Part shown: in pieces, positions 27,457 through 37,139 of the stretch
Position numbering within the stretch: the first letter of the stretch is position 1
Layout: each line of letters begins with the position of its first letter
Virus record (IMG/VR): IMGVR_UViG_3300037010_001838
Direction: 5' to 3' (one strand)
Length of the DNA stretch: 64,000 nt
Origin: a virus
Taxonomy: Duplodnaviria > Caudoviricetes
Notes under the pieces: model-generated
Databases searched by the model: none
The model's input: only the letters and a program-made list of their open reading frames with translations
Told to the model about the DNA's origin: nothing
Made by a program: the position numbers and the translations under genes

Positions 27457-28080
27457 TTACCTTTCCATCACAATATTTAGCCTACACCCATTTACTTGTG
27501 TTACAAGAGAGCCACTCCCGCTAAACCGAGAACTCGCAACCTTTATCGTGTCTCCAGAAGAAGCAGGAACCATAATAGAAGAAGAAACAGTAAAAACTCC
27601 ATTAGATGAAGCTGAATGATTACTATATGATAAAGAACCAGGAACAATAACATTATTTTTGTAAATCCCTGTTTGACTTGCTGTTACGTTGTTGGTTGTT
27701 GATGCAAATGAAACATCAAAATTGATTAAATAATTTCCTGTATTGTTAATAGTTATAACACCAGAATTATATGTATAATTGCTGTCAGTACGAACATTTG
27801 TCCCAAACAACAATGTTGTTAGTGTTGTTGAAAATGTTTGTGAAACGTTTCCATTATGTCTTGATAAAATAACAGATGTTGTTGTTAATAACATCCAATT
27901 AGTATCCAACGGGCCAGTTTTTACATATACCCCACTGTTCGTTCCTGAAGAACGAAGAAAAAGAGAACCTTCTGGGGCTTCAAACCCTACCCCAGAAGGA
28001 TCAATCGTGCCTTGTGTAATTAAAGTAGCATCAGAAAGTGATAATGTACTAATTCTAAATGCTTTGTCTATATGAGCCAA
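27457..28080 (-). CDS. Virion protein with C-terminal C1q/TNF (BclA-like) domain
   Basis: N-terminal AP.GSLFL...G...W anchor; C-terminal ...YNSGVITINNTGNYLINFDVSF...SGDTIKV; TTG start with AAGGAG RBS. Confidence 0.7.
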   Translation of the reverse strand: MAHIDKAFRISTLSLSDATLITQGTIDPSGVGFEAPEGSLFLRSSGTNSGVYVKTGPLDTNWMLLTTTSVILSRHNGNVSQTFSTTLTTLLFGTNVRTDSNYTYNSGVITINNTGNYLINFDVSFASTTNNVTASQTGIYKNNVIVPGSLSYSNHSASSNGVFTVSSSIMVPASSGDTIKVASSRFSGSGSLVTQVNGCRLNIVMER

Positions 28081-28102
28081 GACTAACTTCTCCTTTTATA
28101 TA

Positions 28103-29203
28103 TTAAATTGCTGTTAAACGTTTAATTTTAATCGTTGTTGCGTTTGTCGTACTAACAGAAAGAACTAAATCTGCAGTTGATAACGAAACATCAACTGTAA
28201 GTCCATCAATTGCAGCACCAAGACTTAAAATGCCGTATTGGTTAAAATCAATGTCTGTTCCATTTGTTGCTGCAAACACTTCAAAAGCAGACACATCAGC
28301 AGCTGTTGTATTATCTTGTACATAAACTAACCACTTTACCATAACAGCGGCGACGGTGTCAGTTACAGCAGATGTTCCACCTGTACCAGAAGTTGTTTGT
28401 GTTAATGATTCAACATAAGTAGAAATTGCTTGAATGTTTGCATCAGCCGAATTTGTAGAAGTAATAATAGAATTAGTTGTAACACCAGAACCAATAGCAC
28501 TATCCAACTGAGTTAATACGTTTGTTATGCTAGTTGGGCTTGTGACGTTGTGAAATGTTGCCCCTGCTACATCAAATGTACCATCAGACTTAACTAATGG
28601 ACCCGCTGATGCTTCAATATTATTAACTTCTGTTTGCAAATTTCCAGTAGAAGTTTCAAGATCAGAAACACGAGTTACAAAAGCAGAGTCAATCCCAATT
28701 GTATAACCTGTATCTGTAGAACCTAAAACAGAAATTTCATTTGCAGTACCGGTAACTGTTGAATTTGTGTTGTCTATAATATCAACACCGCTTGCTGTGT
28801 TAAATACTAAACCATCATTGACGTTTGCATAGAATGGTGTTCCTGTTCCTACTTGAAACCATCCAGCAGTTGAGACTTTATAATAGTCACCGGCGTGTGT
28901 ATTTGAAAGAGTTGTTACATCTAAAGCGTGTGTATTATCTACTCCACCTACAACTGTCCCATAATAAACAAAAGCATTACCCAAACTAGTAATATCTGAC
29001 GATTTTGCTAATTTGGACCATTTATTTGTACCAACACCAGATAAAATCTTTGTATATGAATCCCCGTTTGTATTATCTAAATAAAACGAACCTACAGGTG
29101 CGAGACTTGGATCACCTGAAGCTCCTGGAGCTCCCGCTCCTTCTAAGATTTGAATATCGTCTAATTGAAGACCTTTTGTAATTTTAAACATTGATAATGC
29201 CAT
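28103..29203 (-). CDS. Virion fibre/decoration protein
   Basis: APVGSFYLDNTNGDSYTK...W anchor; C-terminal VKWLVYVQD...FEV.A...YG domain shared with 29273..29617. Confidence 0.7.
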   Translation of the reverse strand: MALSMFKITKGLQLDDIQILEGAGAPGASGDPSLAPVGSFYLDNTNGDSYTKILSGVGTNKWSKLAKSSDITSLGNAFVYYGTVVGGVDNTHALDVTTLSNTHAGDYYKVSTAGWFQVGTGTPFYANVNDGLVFNTASGVDIIDNTNSTVTGTANEISVLGSTDTGYTIGIDSAFVTRVSDLETSTGNLQTEVNNIEASAGPLVKSDGTFDVAGATFHNVTSPTSITNVLTQLDSAIGSGVTTNSIITSTNSADANIQAISTYVESLTQTTSGTGGTSAVTDTVAAVMVKWLVYVQDNTTAADVSAFEVFAATNGTDIDFNQYGILSLGAAIDGLTVDVSLSTADLVLSVSTTNATTIKIKRLTAI

Positions 29204-29272
29204 GATATGTTCCTAAAATGTAGTTAAAAGTTGAAATTCTATTCATAATATTATTTATTATAATTTTATAAT

Positions 29273-29617
29273 TTATAACCCTATGTGAACAATCGTGACA
29301 AAAAAATCAAAAGTATCAAGGTTAATTACGTTCAATACAATTTCATCATTTATGATGCTTATGTCTAAATCAAATTGAATGTTATCACCAACTTGACCAT
29401 AAATTGAGTAAATTGCTTCAGTTCCTTTTTTAATTGCCATTATTTCTGTAGCCGAGACAATAGAAGAATCTGCATTACTTATCGTTATAATCCATTTAAT
29501 TGATACACCTTTTGCAGTGTCAACAAACAAATTTTGGGTAACAGGAATTGTAATGTTATTAGCAATTGTTTGTACAGTACTGCTGGTTATACTCGGATTG
29601 GTTAAAACAAGGGCCAT
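29273..29617 (-). CDS. Small virion beta-sandwich protein
   Basis: IKWIITISN....SATEIMA......YG; start moved to ATG 29617 (GGAAAGGA RBS). Confidence 0.65.
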   Translation of the reverse strand: MALVLTNPSITSSTVQTIANNITIPVTQNLFVDTAKGVSIKWIITISNADSSIVSATEIMAIKKGTEAIYSIYGQVGDNIQFDLDISIINDEIVLNVINLDTFDFFVTIVHIGL

Positions 29618-29649
29618 GACATCCTTTCCAGTCAACTCAAAGTTAGATT

Positions 29650-29673
29650 TATAAATATTTAGAGGTATTTATG
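29650..29673. promoter_or_regulatory. Face-to-face late promoters: TATAAATA (+, 29650-57) and CATAAATA (-, 29666-73)
   Basis: Located at the divergence point between the minus-strand fibre operon and the plus-strand three-gene operon. Confidence 0.65.
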
Positions 29674-29738
29674 AAATTAAAATCTTTGAATCAAACAAAA
29701 CAATAAATAAACATATAATAACAAAGGTAATTACAACA

Positions 29739-30473
29739 ATGAACGTAATCATAACTTCATTCTTTACACAAAGTGGGAACCCAGCAACAGGATTAACCCC
29801 CACAATTCGCATTTGGAACGTTGAAGATACATCAAACACTTTAATAGTTCCATCATCTGGACCAGATCCAATAATGAGTGAAGTGGGTGATGGTTTTTAT
29901 AACTTTGTATTTACTACAACTCTGGGTTTTGATCCATTAAAAACATATGTAACAAGAACAGATGGTGGTTCCTCCTTATCTATAACCGATGGTAGATATC
30001 AAACCTCTTCGATTGATTTAACTGAAAACACAAGTAATACTACAACAATAACTACAGCTGATATTACTGCTATTGTTGATGGAGTTTGGAATGAACCAAC
30101 TGCTTCTCACACATCTAGTGGAACTATGGGATTAGCTCAAGTTGTTAACATTGGTGCATATCCCACACTATCACAAATTGCATCAGCTGTATGGGATGAA
30201 CCGGCTTCTACACACTTAATACCAGGGAGTGTGGGTGTTTTTCAAAATGAAACCCACGCCGACGCACAACAATTACGAATAGATGTTACAACAGCATTGA
30301 GTTTACTTGCTACATTATTGAAATATGAAACGAATAGAACTAAAATTGATAAAATAGCAATGACACTCACAGTGTATGACGATGATGGAGTAACACCCTT
30401 GAAAGTTTTTAGTTTAAAAGATAGCACTGGTGCTTCTAGTGTTACAGAAGTTTGTGAACGACGCCCAATATAA
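29739..30473 (+). CDS. Hypothetical late (probably virion) protein
   Basis: 244 aa with a tandem motif VW(N/D)EP..(S/T)H...G. Confidence 0.7.
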   Translation: MNVIITSFFTQSGNPATGLTPTIRIWNVEDTSNTLIVPSSGPDPIMSEVGDGFYNFVFTTTLGFDPLKTYVTRTDGGSSLSITDGRYQTSSIDLTENTSNTTTITTADITAIVDGVWNEPTASHTSSGTMGLAQVVNIGAYPTLSQIASAVWDEPASTHLIPGSVGVFQNETHADAQQLRIDVTTALSLLATLLKYETNRTKIDKIAMTLTVYDDDGVTPLKVFSLKDSTGASSVTEVCERRPI

Positions 30474-30484
30474 AGGATTATTAA

Positions 30485-30952
30485 ATGGATTATATGGGTG
30501 GTATTTTAACAAAAGGTTTGGGTGGACCGGCTTGTTGTGGATTGATTATTGCTCAATTCAATTTAGCTAAATGTTGTCAATATACAGTAACTGTAACACC
30601 AGCACAATATGATGGTGGTTCTCTACCATTAGCTCCTGGACAAATTCAGAATTTTTATTCACCTGTTAATCCTGATGGAACATCATCAAACAAATTAACA
30701 CCATTACCTTATCTTACTCCAGTTGCAGCCCCAAGAGAAATTGAAAAAATATCAATAACGCTCAAGGTAAAAGATAGAGATGAACCATTATTAAAAGAAT
30801 ATTTTGTTCCAAAATATAAATCAAAGGTGCTAATAAATATTACAAGATTCGTAGCAAGTTCATTTGGAATAGTAAGTGTTACCACATCCAACCTGAAAAC
30901 TAAAACCGAAAACAGAATTCGTGTGTTCGCCGAGAAGTTACGAAAGAGATAA
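30485..30952 (+). CDS. Hypothetical late protein
   Basis: 155 aa, AAGGA RBS, Cys-rich N-terminus (PACCG, KCCQ). Confidence 0.65.
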   Translation: MDYMGGILTKGLGGPACCGLIIAQFNLAKCCQYTVTVTPAQYDGGSLPLAPGQIQNFYSPVNPDGTSSNKLTPLPYLTPVAAPREIEKISITLKVKDRDEPLLKEYFVPKYKSKVLINITRFVASSFGIVSVTTSNLKTKTENRIRVFAEKLRKR

Positions 30953-30974
30953 ATACACAAAAAGGCTTATTATA

Positions 30975-31547
30975 ATGGATACAATTACAGTTAATCGCTC
31001 TAAACCAACAGAAGTGGAATTCGATATGAGAATTGATGGTGCATCAATAGATGAAGCTGATGCAAAATTTGTTATTCATTGTGACGAATTTGATATTCGT
31101 TTTGATTGTAAACACACATCTCAATATACGTTTGCAGCGCAGATTCCAGCAATTACTTTTTTACAAAAAGGTGTTCATGATTGTTCAGTAGAAGTTGTCG
31201 TTAATGGACAATTATTTAAACCATTAAAGGGAAACGCAACGATTGTGGATAATATTAAAGTGGAAGTTTCGACAGAAAAACCCAAAGATAAATCTGAAGA
31301 AGCAGAAGAAATAAAACAAGTTCCTCCTTTTGATAGAGAACCCAAATCGTCATTAAGTCCTTTTGCACTTGCAAATTATTTGCAAAATAGAGATGTTGCT
31401 GATGAACACGAAGAAGTATCAGAAAATGTAAAAGATAAAAAGGTTCGTGAAATCCTCAAGGAAATGCAAATTGTTCCAATTAAAAAGCCTAGAACAAAAC
31501 CACGCTCTCTTAAAAATATAACAGAAAGTAAAAGATTAGCGAAGTAA
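30975..31547 (+). CDS. Hypothetical late protein (Ig-like N-domain, charged tail)
   Basis: Start moved to ATG 30975; GATAAATA at 30948-55 upstream. Confidence 0.65.
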   Translation: MDTITVNRSKPTEVEFDMRIDGASIDEADAKFVIHCDEFDIRFDCKHTSQYTFAAQIPAITFLQKGVHDCSVEVVVNGQLFKPLKGNATIVDNIKVEVSTEKPKDKSEEAEEIKQVPPFDREPKSSLSPFALANYLQNRDVADEHEEVSENVKDKKVREILKEMQIVPIKKPRTKPRSLKNITESKRLAK

Positions 31548-32048
31548 TCCGACCGTCTCTAGTTGTTCTTCAAGTTTATGTAAGTGTTTACACATTCCAG
31601 GGGCATTCGTTGGATTGACAGAAGGTCTATCCGTTTTCTTTACATATGGTGGAGGTGGTTCACCATCTAATCCATCATTTTGATAATTCGCTTGTGCAAA
31701 CCTATAATAAAAATCCATACACGAACACTTAACTTTAACATCATTCACTTTTGTATTTAACGGGTGAATGTTATGTTCAACTCCATCAACTCCCTCAAAC
31801 GTCACTAATTGATTAGAAGGTGCTTGCTCGTAATATACATCTTCAAATAACATAGAACATTCGTATCTCTTTGGACCACTGACTGCTGTTGCATTAACTT
31901 TTAACAAATTTGAATCTTGATACGGAACATATTTGATATTCGATATCCCGATTGTAGTTACCGCATGTTGACGTTTTTCAGTATCAGGAAATGAACTTTG
32001 TGTAGATTGTTGCAATTTTTGAAGGGTAATCTCTAGTAATGATGCCAT
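31536..32048 (-). CDS. SWIM zinc-finger protein
   Basis: VKVKCSCMDF...GMCKHL (CxC-xn-CxH). Confidence 0.75.
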   Translation of the reverse strand: MASLLEITLQKLQQSTQSSFPDTEKRQHAVTTIGISNIKYVPYQDSNLLKVNATAVSGPKRYECSMLFEDVYYEQAPSNQLVTFEGVDGVEHNIHPLNTKVNDVKVKCSCMDFYYRFAQANYQNDGLDGEPPPPYVKKTDRPSVNPTNAPGMCKHLHKLEEQLETVGLLR

Positions 32049-32082
32049 TTTTAAACTCTTTCTTTTTATTTTATTTATCCTG

Positions 32083-32111
32083 TTGACAAAACATTTTTTA
32101 TAGTAGATAAT
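32083..32111 (+). promoter_or_regulatory. Orphan sigma70-type promoter facing the terminase 3' end
   Basis: TTGACA-N17-GATAAT; no plus-strand gene downstream. Confidence 0.55.
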
Positions 32112-32167
32112 ATTACTGTCCCCCGGCCATATAGAAACTGGTTCTAATTGTTGTGTTACTATTTTAC

Positions 32168-32194
32168 ACTATATTTTTACTATATTTTTACTAT
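32168..32194. repeat. Tandem 11-bp AT-rich repeat ACTATATTTTT (2.5 copies plus a degenerate upstream copy)
   Basis: Read directly from the sequence. Confidence 0.8.
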
Positions 32195-32205
32195 TCGTTT
32201 TAGGG

Positions 32206-33825
32206 TCATGTTCCACCAAAGGGATCAAAGCTGTTTGGGTCGTTCGGATCAGAAAATGACCCAGTTTGTTTGTATCCATATTGACTTCCTCCAAACAACG
32301 CTCCTGTAGGTTGTGCGTTTTCGTCATATTCTGAAGTTTCTCCATTATCATCAATGAATTCTTCATCTCCCAAATTATACAACATCTCAAAAGCTTTGTC
32401 TTCATATGTTGATATTTCTTCCAATAATCGAATCACAATTAATGTTGCTGATATTGAATCATCTGTGGAACCATATTGAGCTGAATACGAACCCAACTTC
32501 CTAACAAAACCCTTAAGCTCTGTTAACAATAGTTTCGATTTTATTTTTATTTTTCCTTTAGTCACCAACTCTTTCAAGTTCATACACGCTTTAATCTTCG
32601 ATTTGCCGGTCGTTGTCATCCCCAATCGACCCTTCCCTGTCTCTGATATGAAGTTTGATTCGGGTGGATTCTCATCGTTCTGATAGAGAGCAATAATACC
32701 TTCCCCCACCCCATTATTCTCAACAGAAAAATAAGACATTATTTTTCGTTTCTCTAAATTTTTAATTACACTTTTGAGTGTTTTGTATAAATCCACAGAA
32801 GAAGTGGTATTTGATCTAAATTCACCAACTTGAATTAGACTTGGAAAGTCATAAATTTCTATTGAACTCATATCACTACCTGAACCTGTTGCAGGGTCAA
32901 TTCCAATTAACAATGTTTGGTTTTCTTGTAATTCAGAAAACCAATGAATTCCCTGAAAGTCTGGTTCAGGTAATACAGGAACAACAATATTGTTTAATAC
33001 GATTGAGCTAATGAGTAGAGCATCAGACGATAAGAACTCACATTCGTATTCTTGTCGCCAACGAAGTTCACCAATTTTACCAATTTCTTTTTGTTTAAAT
33101 TCCTCGTCTCTGCCAGGAGGTTCATCCCATTTAACCCACGTAGATGTAAAACCATTAATTTCCAACTCTGCTCCACGCCAAAGTTGTGCAAATAAGTTTG
33201 AATCACCATTTGGAGTAGATGCAATAATGCACGATCCACCAGTTGCCAATGTAGGAGATATAGATGCCCAAAACTCTTCTTGAATTCCAGGCTGAACAAA
33301 TGCAAATTCGTCACAAAATAACAACGATATGGATAAACCACGGCCGGAACTTTCAGATGTTGCTTGTGATACGATTCTACTTCCGTTATCAAACCCAACA
33401 TTGTGTTTATTCCATCCATCGTCTGTAATACCAGGTTTTAACCAAAGCGGAAGACTTTCATATGCGAAACGAATACGAGAGATCATTTCCATAGCATTGT
33501 CATTCTTATTAGAAACAATCAATACTGTCTTATCTTCGTGAAATGTAGCAAACCAAAGTAAGTATGCAGCAGATGTTGTAGATTTACCTGTCTGTCTCGC
33601 AGATAATACGATATTGAACCTATTGTTTTGAAAACTCTTAATTAATCTCTTTTGATAGGGATAGAGAACGAAATCAATTGTTCCTTTAACTGGGTGTTGG
33701 ATTTTTACATATTTTTCAATGAAATACATTGGATCATGAGAACACCTTAATAGTTCTTGAACCAAATTGGGTGTATATTCGATGGGTTGATGGGCCCGTT
33801 TTATTAAAGGATTCTTTTTTGCCAT
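32206..33825 (-). CDS. gp17: Terminase large subunit
   Basis: FIEKYVKIQHP.KG...LYPYQ, ARQTGKST, DEFAF, ASTPNG, QEYEC.F, IGIDPATG, ENNGVG, DD nuclease acidic residues. Confidence 0.97.
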   Translation of the reverse strand: MAKKNPLIKRAHQPIEYTPNLVQELLRCSHDPMYFIEKYVKIQHPVKGTIDFVLYPYQKRLIKSFQNNRFNIVLSARQTGKSTTSAAYLLWFATFHEDKTVLIVSNKNDNAMEMISRIRFAYESLPLWLKPGITDDGWNKHNVGFDNGSRIVSQATSESSGRGLSISLLFCDEFAFVQPGIQEEFWASISPTLATGGSCIIASTPNGDSNLFAQLWRGAELEINGFTSTWVKWDEPPGRDEEFKQKEIGKIGELRWRQEYECEFLSSDALLISSIVLNNIVVPVLPEPDFQGIHWFSELQENQTLLIGIDPATGSGSDMSSIEIYDFPSLIQVGEFRSNTTSSVDLYKTLKSVIKNLEKRKIMSYFSVENNGVGEGIIALYQNDENPPESNFISETGKGRLGMTTTGKSKIKACMNLKELVTKGKIKIKSKLLLTELKGFVRKLGSYSAQYGSTDDSISATLIVIRLLEEISTYEDKAFEMLYNLGDEEFIDDNGETSEYDENAQPTGALFGGSQYGYKQTGSFSDPNDPNSFDPFGGT

Positions 33826-33876
33826 TTAAACATTCCAATAGTTGAAATATTTAGTTCGTATATTTTAAGTGTTACC

Positions 33877-34767
33877 TTAAAATACTCTCAACACATTTGG
33901 ATTCAATCGCTTCTCATAAGATGCAAGAACTCGTAATCCTCTATAAACTCCAGAAGTTCGTGTTTTGTCATTACGGATTAAGAACCACACTTGTTTATCC
34001 TCGGGAATATTATCAGGTGATGTTATAATCGATGAACATGAAATTGTTAACTGATTATCGAGAAAAAGAAAATCGTTTGAATTAAATGTTCTAGTAATAA
34101 CAGCACCACAATTTAAAATATCTGAACCAAAAACAACATCTTTGACTTGCTCTGGTGTAGCTTTAATTGCAATATTGGGGGTTATTGTAAAATATCCAAG
34201 TTCGTGTTGTTTGATTTCAATCTTGTTAGAATTCTTTAATTCGTTAATATGGCGTTCAGCTTGTGTTCGAAATAACGTATCAGCTGATTCCCAATATTCA
34301 GCATTATCCTTTTTAAGAGATATGTTATATTCACCATATAAAGTATGAATTTTTACATCAGCTTTCTTTCTACCAGCAGTAGAAGTTCCAACACCAGAAG
34401 CACTAATAACGTTCGTGATAATATATTCAATGTTATTATCAAAAAAACGGATATTGATTGGATTATTGGTTGTATATTTGTTGATATTATCAACAAGGGT
34501 TTGTTCATTTTCTATACCAGCCGAACAAACCCCTTGTTTTCCGTTTGGTTTAACTATAATAGAAATTCCTCGGACGTCTTTAATTAAACCAAGACTTGAT
34601 GTTGATGTAGGAGTTCTATCATAAACAGAGTGTATCAATTTGGATGTAATATCATTTATAACATCCAATCTCTTATTATCTGTAAAAACTATTAGTGTCT
34701 TTTTAGACTTTTTTTTATAATTTGTATAACCAAATGATTCTAAATCTTTAATAACTTCATTTATCAT
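33877..34767 (-). CDS. Putative PD-(D/E)xK endonuclease
   Basis: GIENE...RKKADV.....YNISLKKD pattern (D...SxK variant). Confidence 0.55.
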   Translation of the reverse strand: MINEVIKDLESFGYTNYKKKSKKTLIVFTDNKRLDVINDITSKLIHSVYDRTPTSTSSLGLIKDVRGISIIVKPNGKQGVCSAGIENEQTLVDNINKYTTNNPINIRFFDNNIEYIITNVISASGVGTSTAGRKKADVKIHTLYGEYNISLKKDNAEYWESADTLFRTQAERHINELKNSNKIEIKQHELGYFTITPNIAIKATPEQVKDVVFGSDILNCGAVITRTFNSNDFLFLDNQLTISCSSIITSPDNIPEDKQVWFLIRNDKTRTSGVYRGLRVLASYEKRLNPNVLRVF

Positions 34768-34770
34768 ATA

Positions 34771-35190
34771 TCATATATCTACGTCTTTTAACATTTTTAA
34801 TAATTCATTTCTATCCATAATCAGATTGTTGTTAACTGTAGATGGAACACCTTTGAGAATTTTTTCCTTACCGAGTTTCAAAAGAGATTTTTCTCTGGCA
34901 GCTGAAAGAGCAGTATTCAAAAATGCATTGGCAACTTCCATATTTCTTGAACGATATTTTGGGTCAGATTGAAGTAATAAACCAGCTTGGTCTGCAAAAG
35001 AAGTCATCGCAGTGTCATACACTTCTTGGAACTGGCTTTCAATTTCACGATCTTTTTCATCGTATGAATCCAATGTAACTAATTCACCGGACACAACTTC
35101 CTCCACAACAACTTCAGTCGTTCCAGGTTCAATATTAAAAATTGCTTCCATTGGATGTTCTATAGTTTTAATTTCGGTTATAGTTTTCAT
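34771..35190 (-). CDS. gp16: Terminase small subunit (gp16-like)
   Basis: Helical, R.MEVAN.FL..AL..., ends TVNNNLIMDRNELLKML; lies upstream of gp17. Confidence 0.65.
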   Translation of the reverse strand: MKTITEIKTIEHPMEAIFNIEPGTTEVVVEEVVSGELVTLDSYDEKDREIESQFQEVYDTAMTSFADQAGLLLQSDPKYRSRNMEVANAFLNTALSAAREKSLLKLGKEKILKGVPSTVNNNLIMDRNELLKMLKDVDI

Positions 35191-35615
35191 TTAAACAATT
35201 CCTTTTCAGTAATAATGCGAAAAGTTACTCCGAAACGTTCACACCATTTTTTAGCGCTTTCCCATTTAGCTATGTTGACTGCATAGGTTAGTTGTTCATA
35301 TAGATTTGCACGTTTCGATAATGCTGTTTGAGTTGATGGTTTAATTTCAATAATCTCTTTGTGGATAAAACCATCAACGTCCTTATACATAACAAAGTAA
35401 TCTGGATAATATTTATGCACTTTTTGATCAGTCGGTTTAACATAAGGGATCGCGACACATTCTGAACCCCACTTGATAACATTAGGATTTCCATCCAAAG
35501 AAATGTTAAAATTGAGTTCCCAAGAAGACCGATAAATTATTCGATTAACATCCCCAACATACTTTTCTGGATATCTTGGTTTAAAAAATCCTTGAGAGAA
35601 ATTACTTTTAGCCAT
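35187..35615 (-). CDS. gp4: Head completion nuclease (T4 gp4-like, TnsA-type)
   Basis: QGFFKP..PEKY.GD...IIYRSSWE, WGSE...IPY, KYYPDYF, EIKP, N.AKWE.A. Confidence 0.92.
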   Translation of the reverse strand: MAKSNFSQGFFKPRYPEKYVGDVNRIIYRSSWELNFNISLDGNPNVIKWGSECVAIPYVKPTDQKVHKYYPDYFVMYKDVDGFIHKEIIEIKPSTQTALSKRANLYEQLTYAVNIAKWESAKKWCERFGVTFRIITEKELFK

Positions 35616-37060
35616 TATTTAAATGGAGTAAGGGAATTTTTCAAACCTGTTACAACAACTGAGGAAGGTTGTGAATTTAATGTGGAAACTGATGTGGGGA
35701 TATATGTGTTTAAAGAAGTATTAACAAAAGACTCCGTTGTTGGTAATCCAGGAGGGAATAGACTTGTATATCCAGAACCATTTGGTGTAGAAGTTAGTGA
35801 GGCAATTGAATTTTGTTGAATGAATGATGTAAAGTCTACTCCTTGGGAGCTTGTTTTAGGAGCCGTTGCTATACTTAAGTTAGTCAAACCTGTTGGTTCT
35901 GAATATTTTCTACTAACAATATTGTATTGAGCGCTTGGCATAATTCCTCGACCAAAATTTGGTCCAAAAGAATTGGTTTGCTTTTGAACTTCAATATAAT
36001 ATCCATCAAATTCAAATTCAAAATTTACAATGTTACCTTTATTAACCTCCATATCAAATCCATCCATAGTGATACTTGTAAATTTTGGATTGTAGAAATG
36101 ATACACATCAGTATAACTACCAAAATCATAAACGTGATAAACAATGATTTCTTTAAAAATCGTTTTTAAACTATCATCAGGTCCATCTGTTTCATACAAA
36201 CCGTATGCATTGCTTTGTCTTTGCTGAATTGTTCCAAAATTAGCACCATTAATTGAATCAAATTCCATACCCCCTGTTCCCTCTGCTGTATTAGTAGGAA
36301 AATTAAAGATTGGGCTAATAGTTCTTAAATAACCAACTATAACAGAAAGAGTGTCACTTTTTATATCATCATGAACTGTAAACGAGGCTGGTCCGTATTT
36401 AACATTTTTTGGAACTTGTGTTCTAAAATTATATAAATTAACTACTTCGTGTTCTATTTCAACTTTCGGACGTTCAAATTTATGAACTACAAGATTCATT
36501 TCGTTTTGAAATAATTTGACAAATTCTCCCGAATCTGTCGCATTAGGAACAAATTGAACCATAAACATGAAACCATATTTTGGTGTATACACATTTGCAA
36601 TATCTGTTGCATACGGAGAATCATATGATGGGTCAAAATTATTTTGGCGCAATGCATTTGAAACCATGCCATTCAGAGAGCTGACAAGTCCTGATAATGT
36701 GTTTAAGTGAAATAAATCTGTAGCATGAGGATTGTTAGCAGACATACCTGCAATAACTGAATCCATTGTACTAAATTGAGCTAAAGTCCCTGAATTAAAT
36801 GCCCTACTTAAAATATTATTAAACATACTTCCTGCAGCATTTACACCAGCATTAACTATTCCAGCGTTAATATTCATTACAGCAGCTCGTATTGCCTGTG
36901 GAGCACCAATAGAAGACAGAATTTGTTCACTTCCTTTGGTGATGAAGCCATTTAAATTTGTATTAACAGCAGTACTAAAAGTTTTAAGCACACTAGATAC
37001 TCCGTTATTGACGGTTGAATTTACTTCACGTGTGATTAAACCCGAAAAATCGAAAGTCAT
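35615..37060 (-). CDS. Tail-tube-like baseplate/tube junction protein (gp54/gp48-like)
   Basis: Central tube fold PKYGFMF.VQF...RPKVEIEHEVVNLYN...KY.P.SFTVHDD. Confidence 0.7.
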   Translation of the reverse strand: MTFDFSGLITREVNSTVNNGVSSVLKTFSTAVNTNLNGFITKGSEQILSSIGAPQAIRAAVMNINAGIVNAGVNAAGSMFNNILSRAFNSGTLAQFSTMDSVIAGMSANNPHATDLFHLNTLSGLVSSLNGMVSNALRQNNFDPSYDSPYATDIANVYTPKYGFMFMVQFVPNATDSGEFVKLFQNEMNLVVHKFERPKVEIEHEVVNLYNFRTQVPKNVKYGPASFTVHDDIKSDTLSVIVGYLRTISPIFNFPTNTAEGTGGMEFDSINGANFGTIQQRQSNAYGLYETDGPDDSLKTIFKEIIVYHVYDFGSYTDVYHFYNPKFTSITMDGFDMEVNKGNIVNFEFEFDGYYIEVQKQTNSFGPNFGRGIMPSAQYNIVSRKYSEPTGLTNLSIATAPKTSSQGVDFTSFIQQNSIASLTSTPNGSGYTSLFPPGLPTTESFVNTSLNTYIPTSVSTLNSQPSSVVVTGLKNSLTPFK

Positions 37061-37081
37061 AATAGCTCCTTACTATGGAAC

Positions 37082-37117
37082 TATTTATAAAAAGAAAGGG
37101 GAGAACAATCTCCCCTT
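37082..37117 (-). terminator. Terminator after gp19 (37096-37117) directly followed by late promoter TATAAATA (37082-89)
   Basis: AAGGGGAGA-N4-TCTCCCCTT plus TCTTTTT on the minus strand. Confidence 0.8.
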
Positions 37118-37139
37118 ATGTTTTGTGAAATGTTTTGAA

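Noticed and set aside
32117-32146. GTCCCCCGGCCA resembling a tRNA 3' end
   Set aside because: No GTTCRA T-loop or acceptor-stem partner
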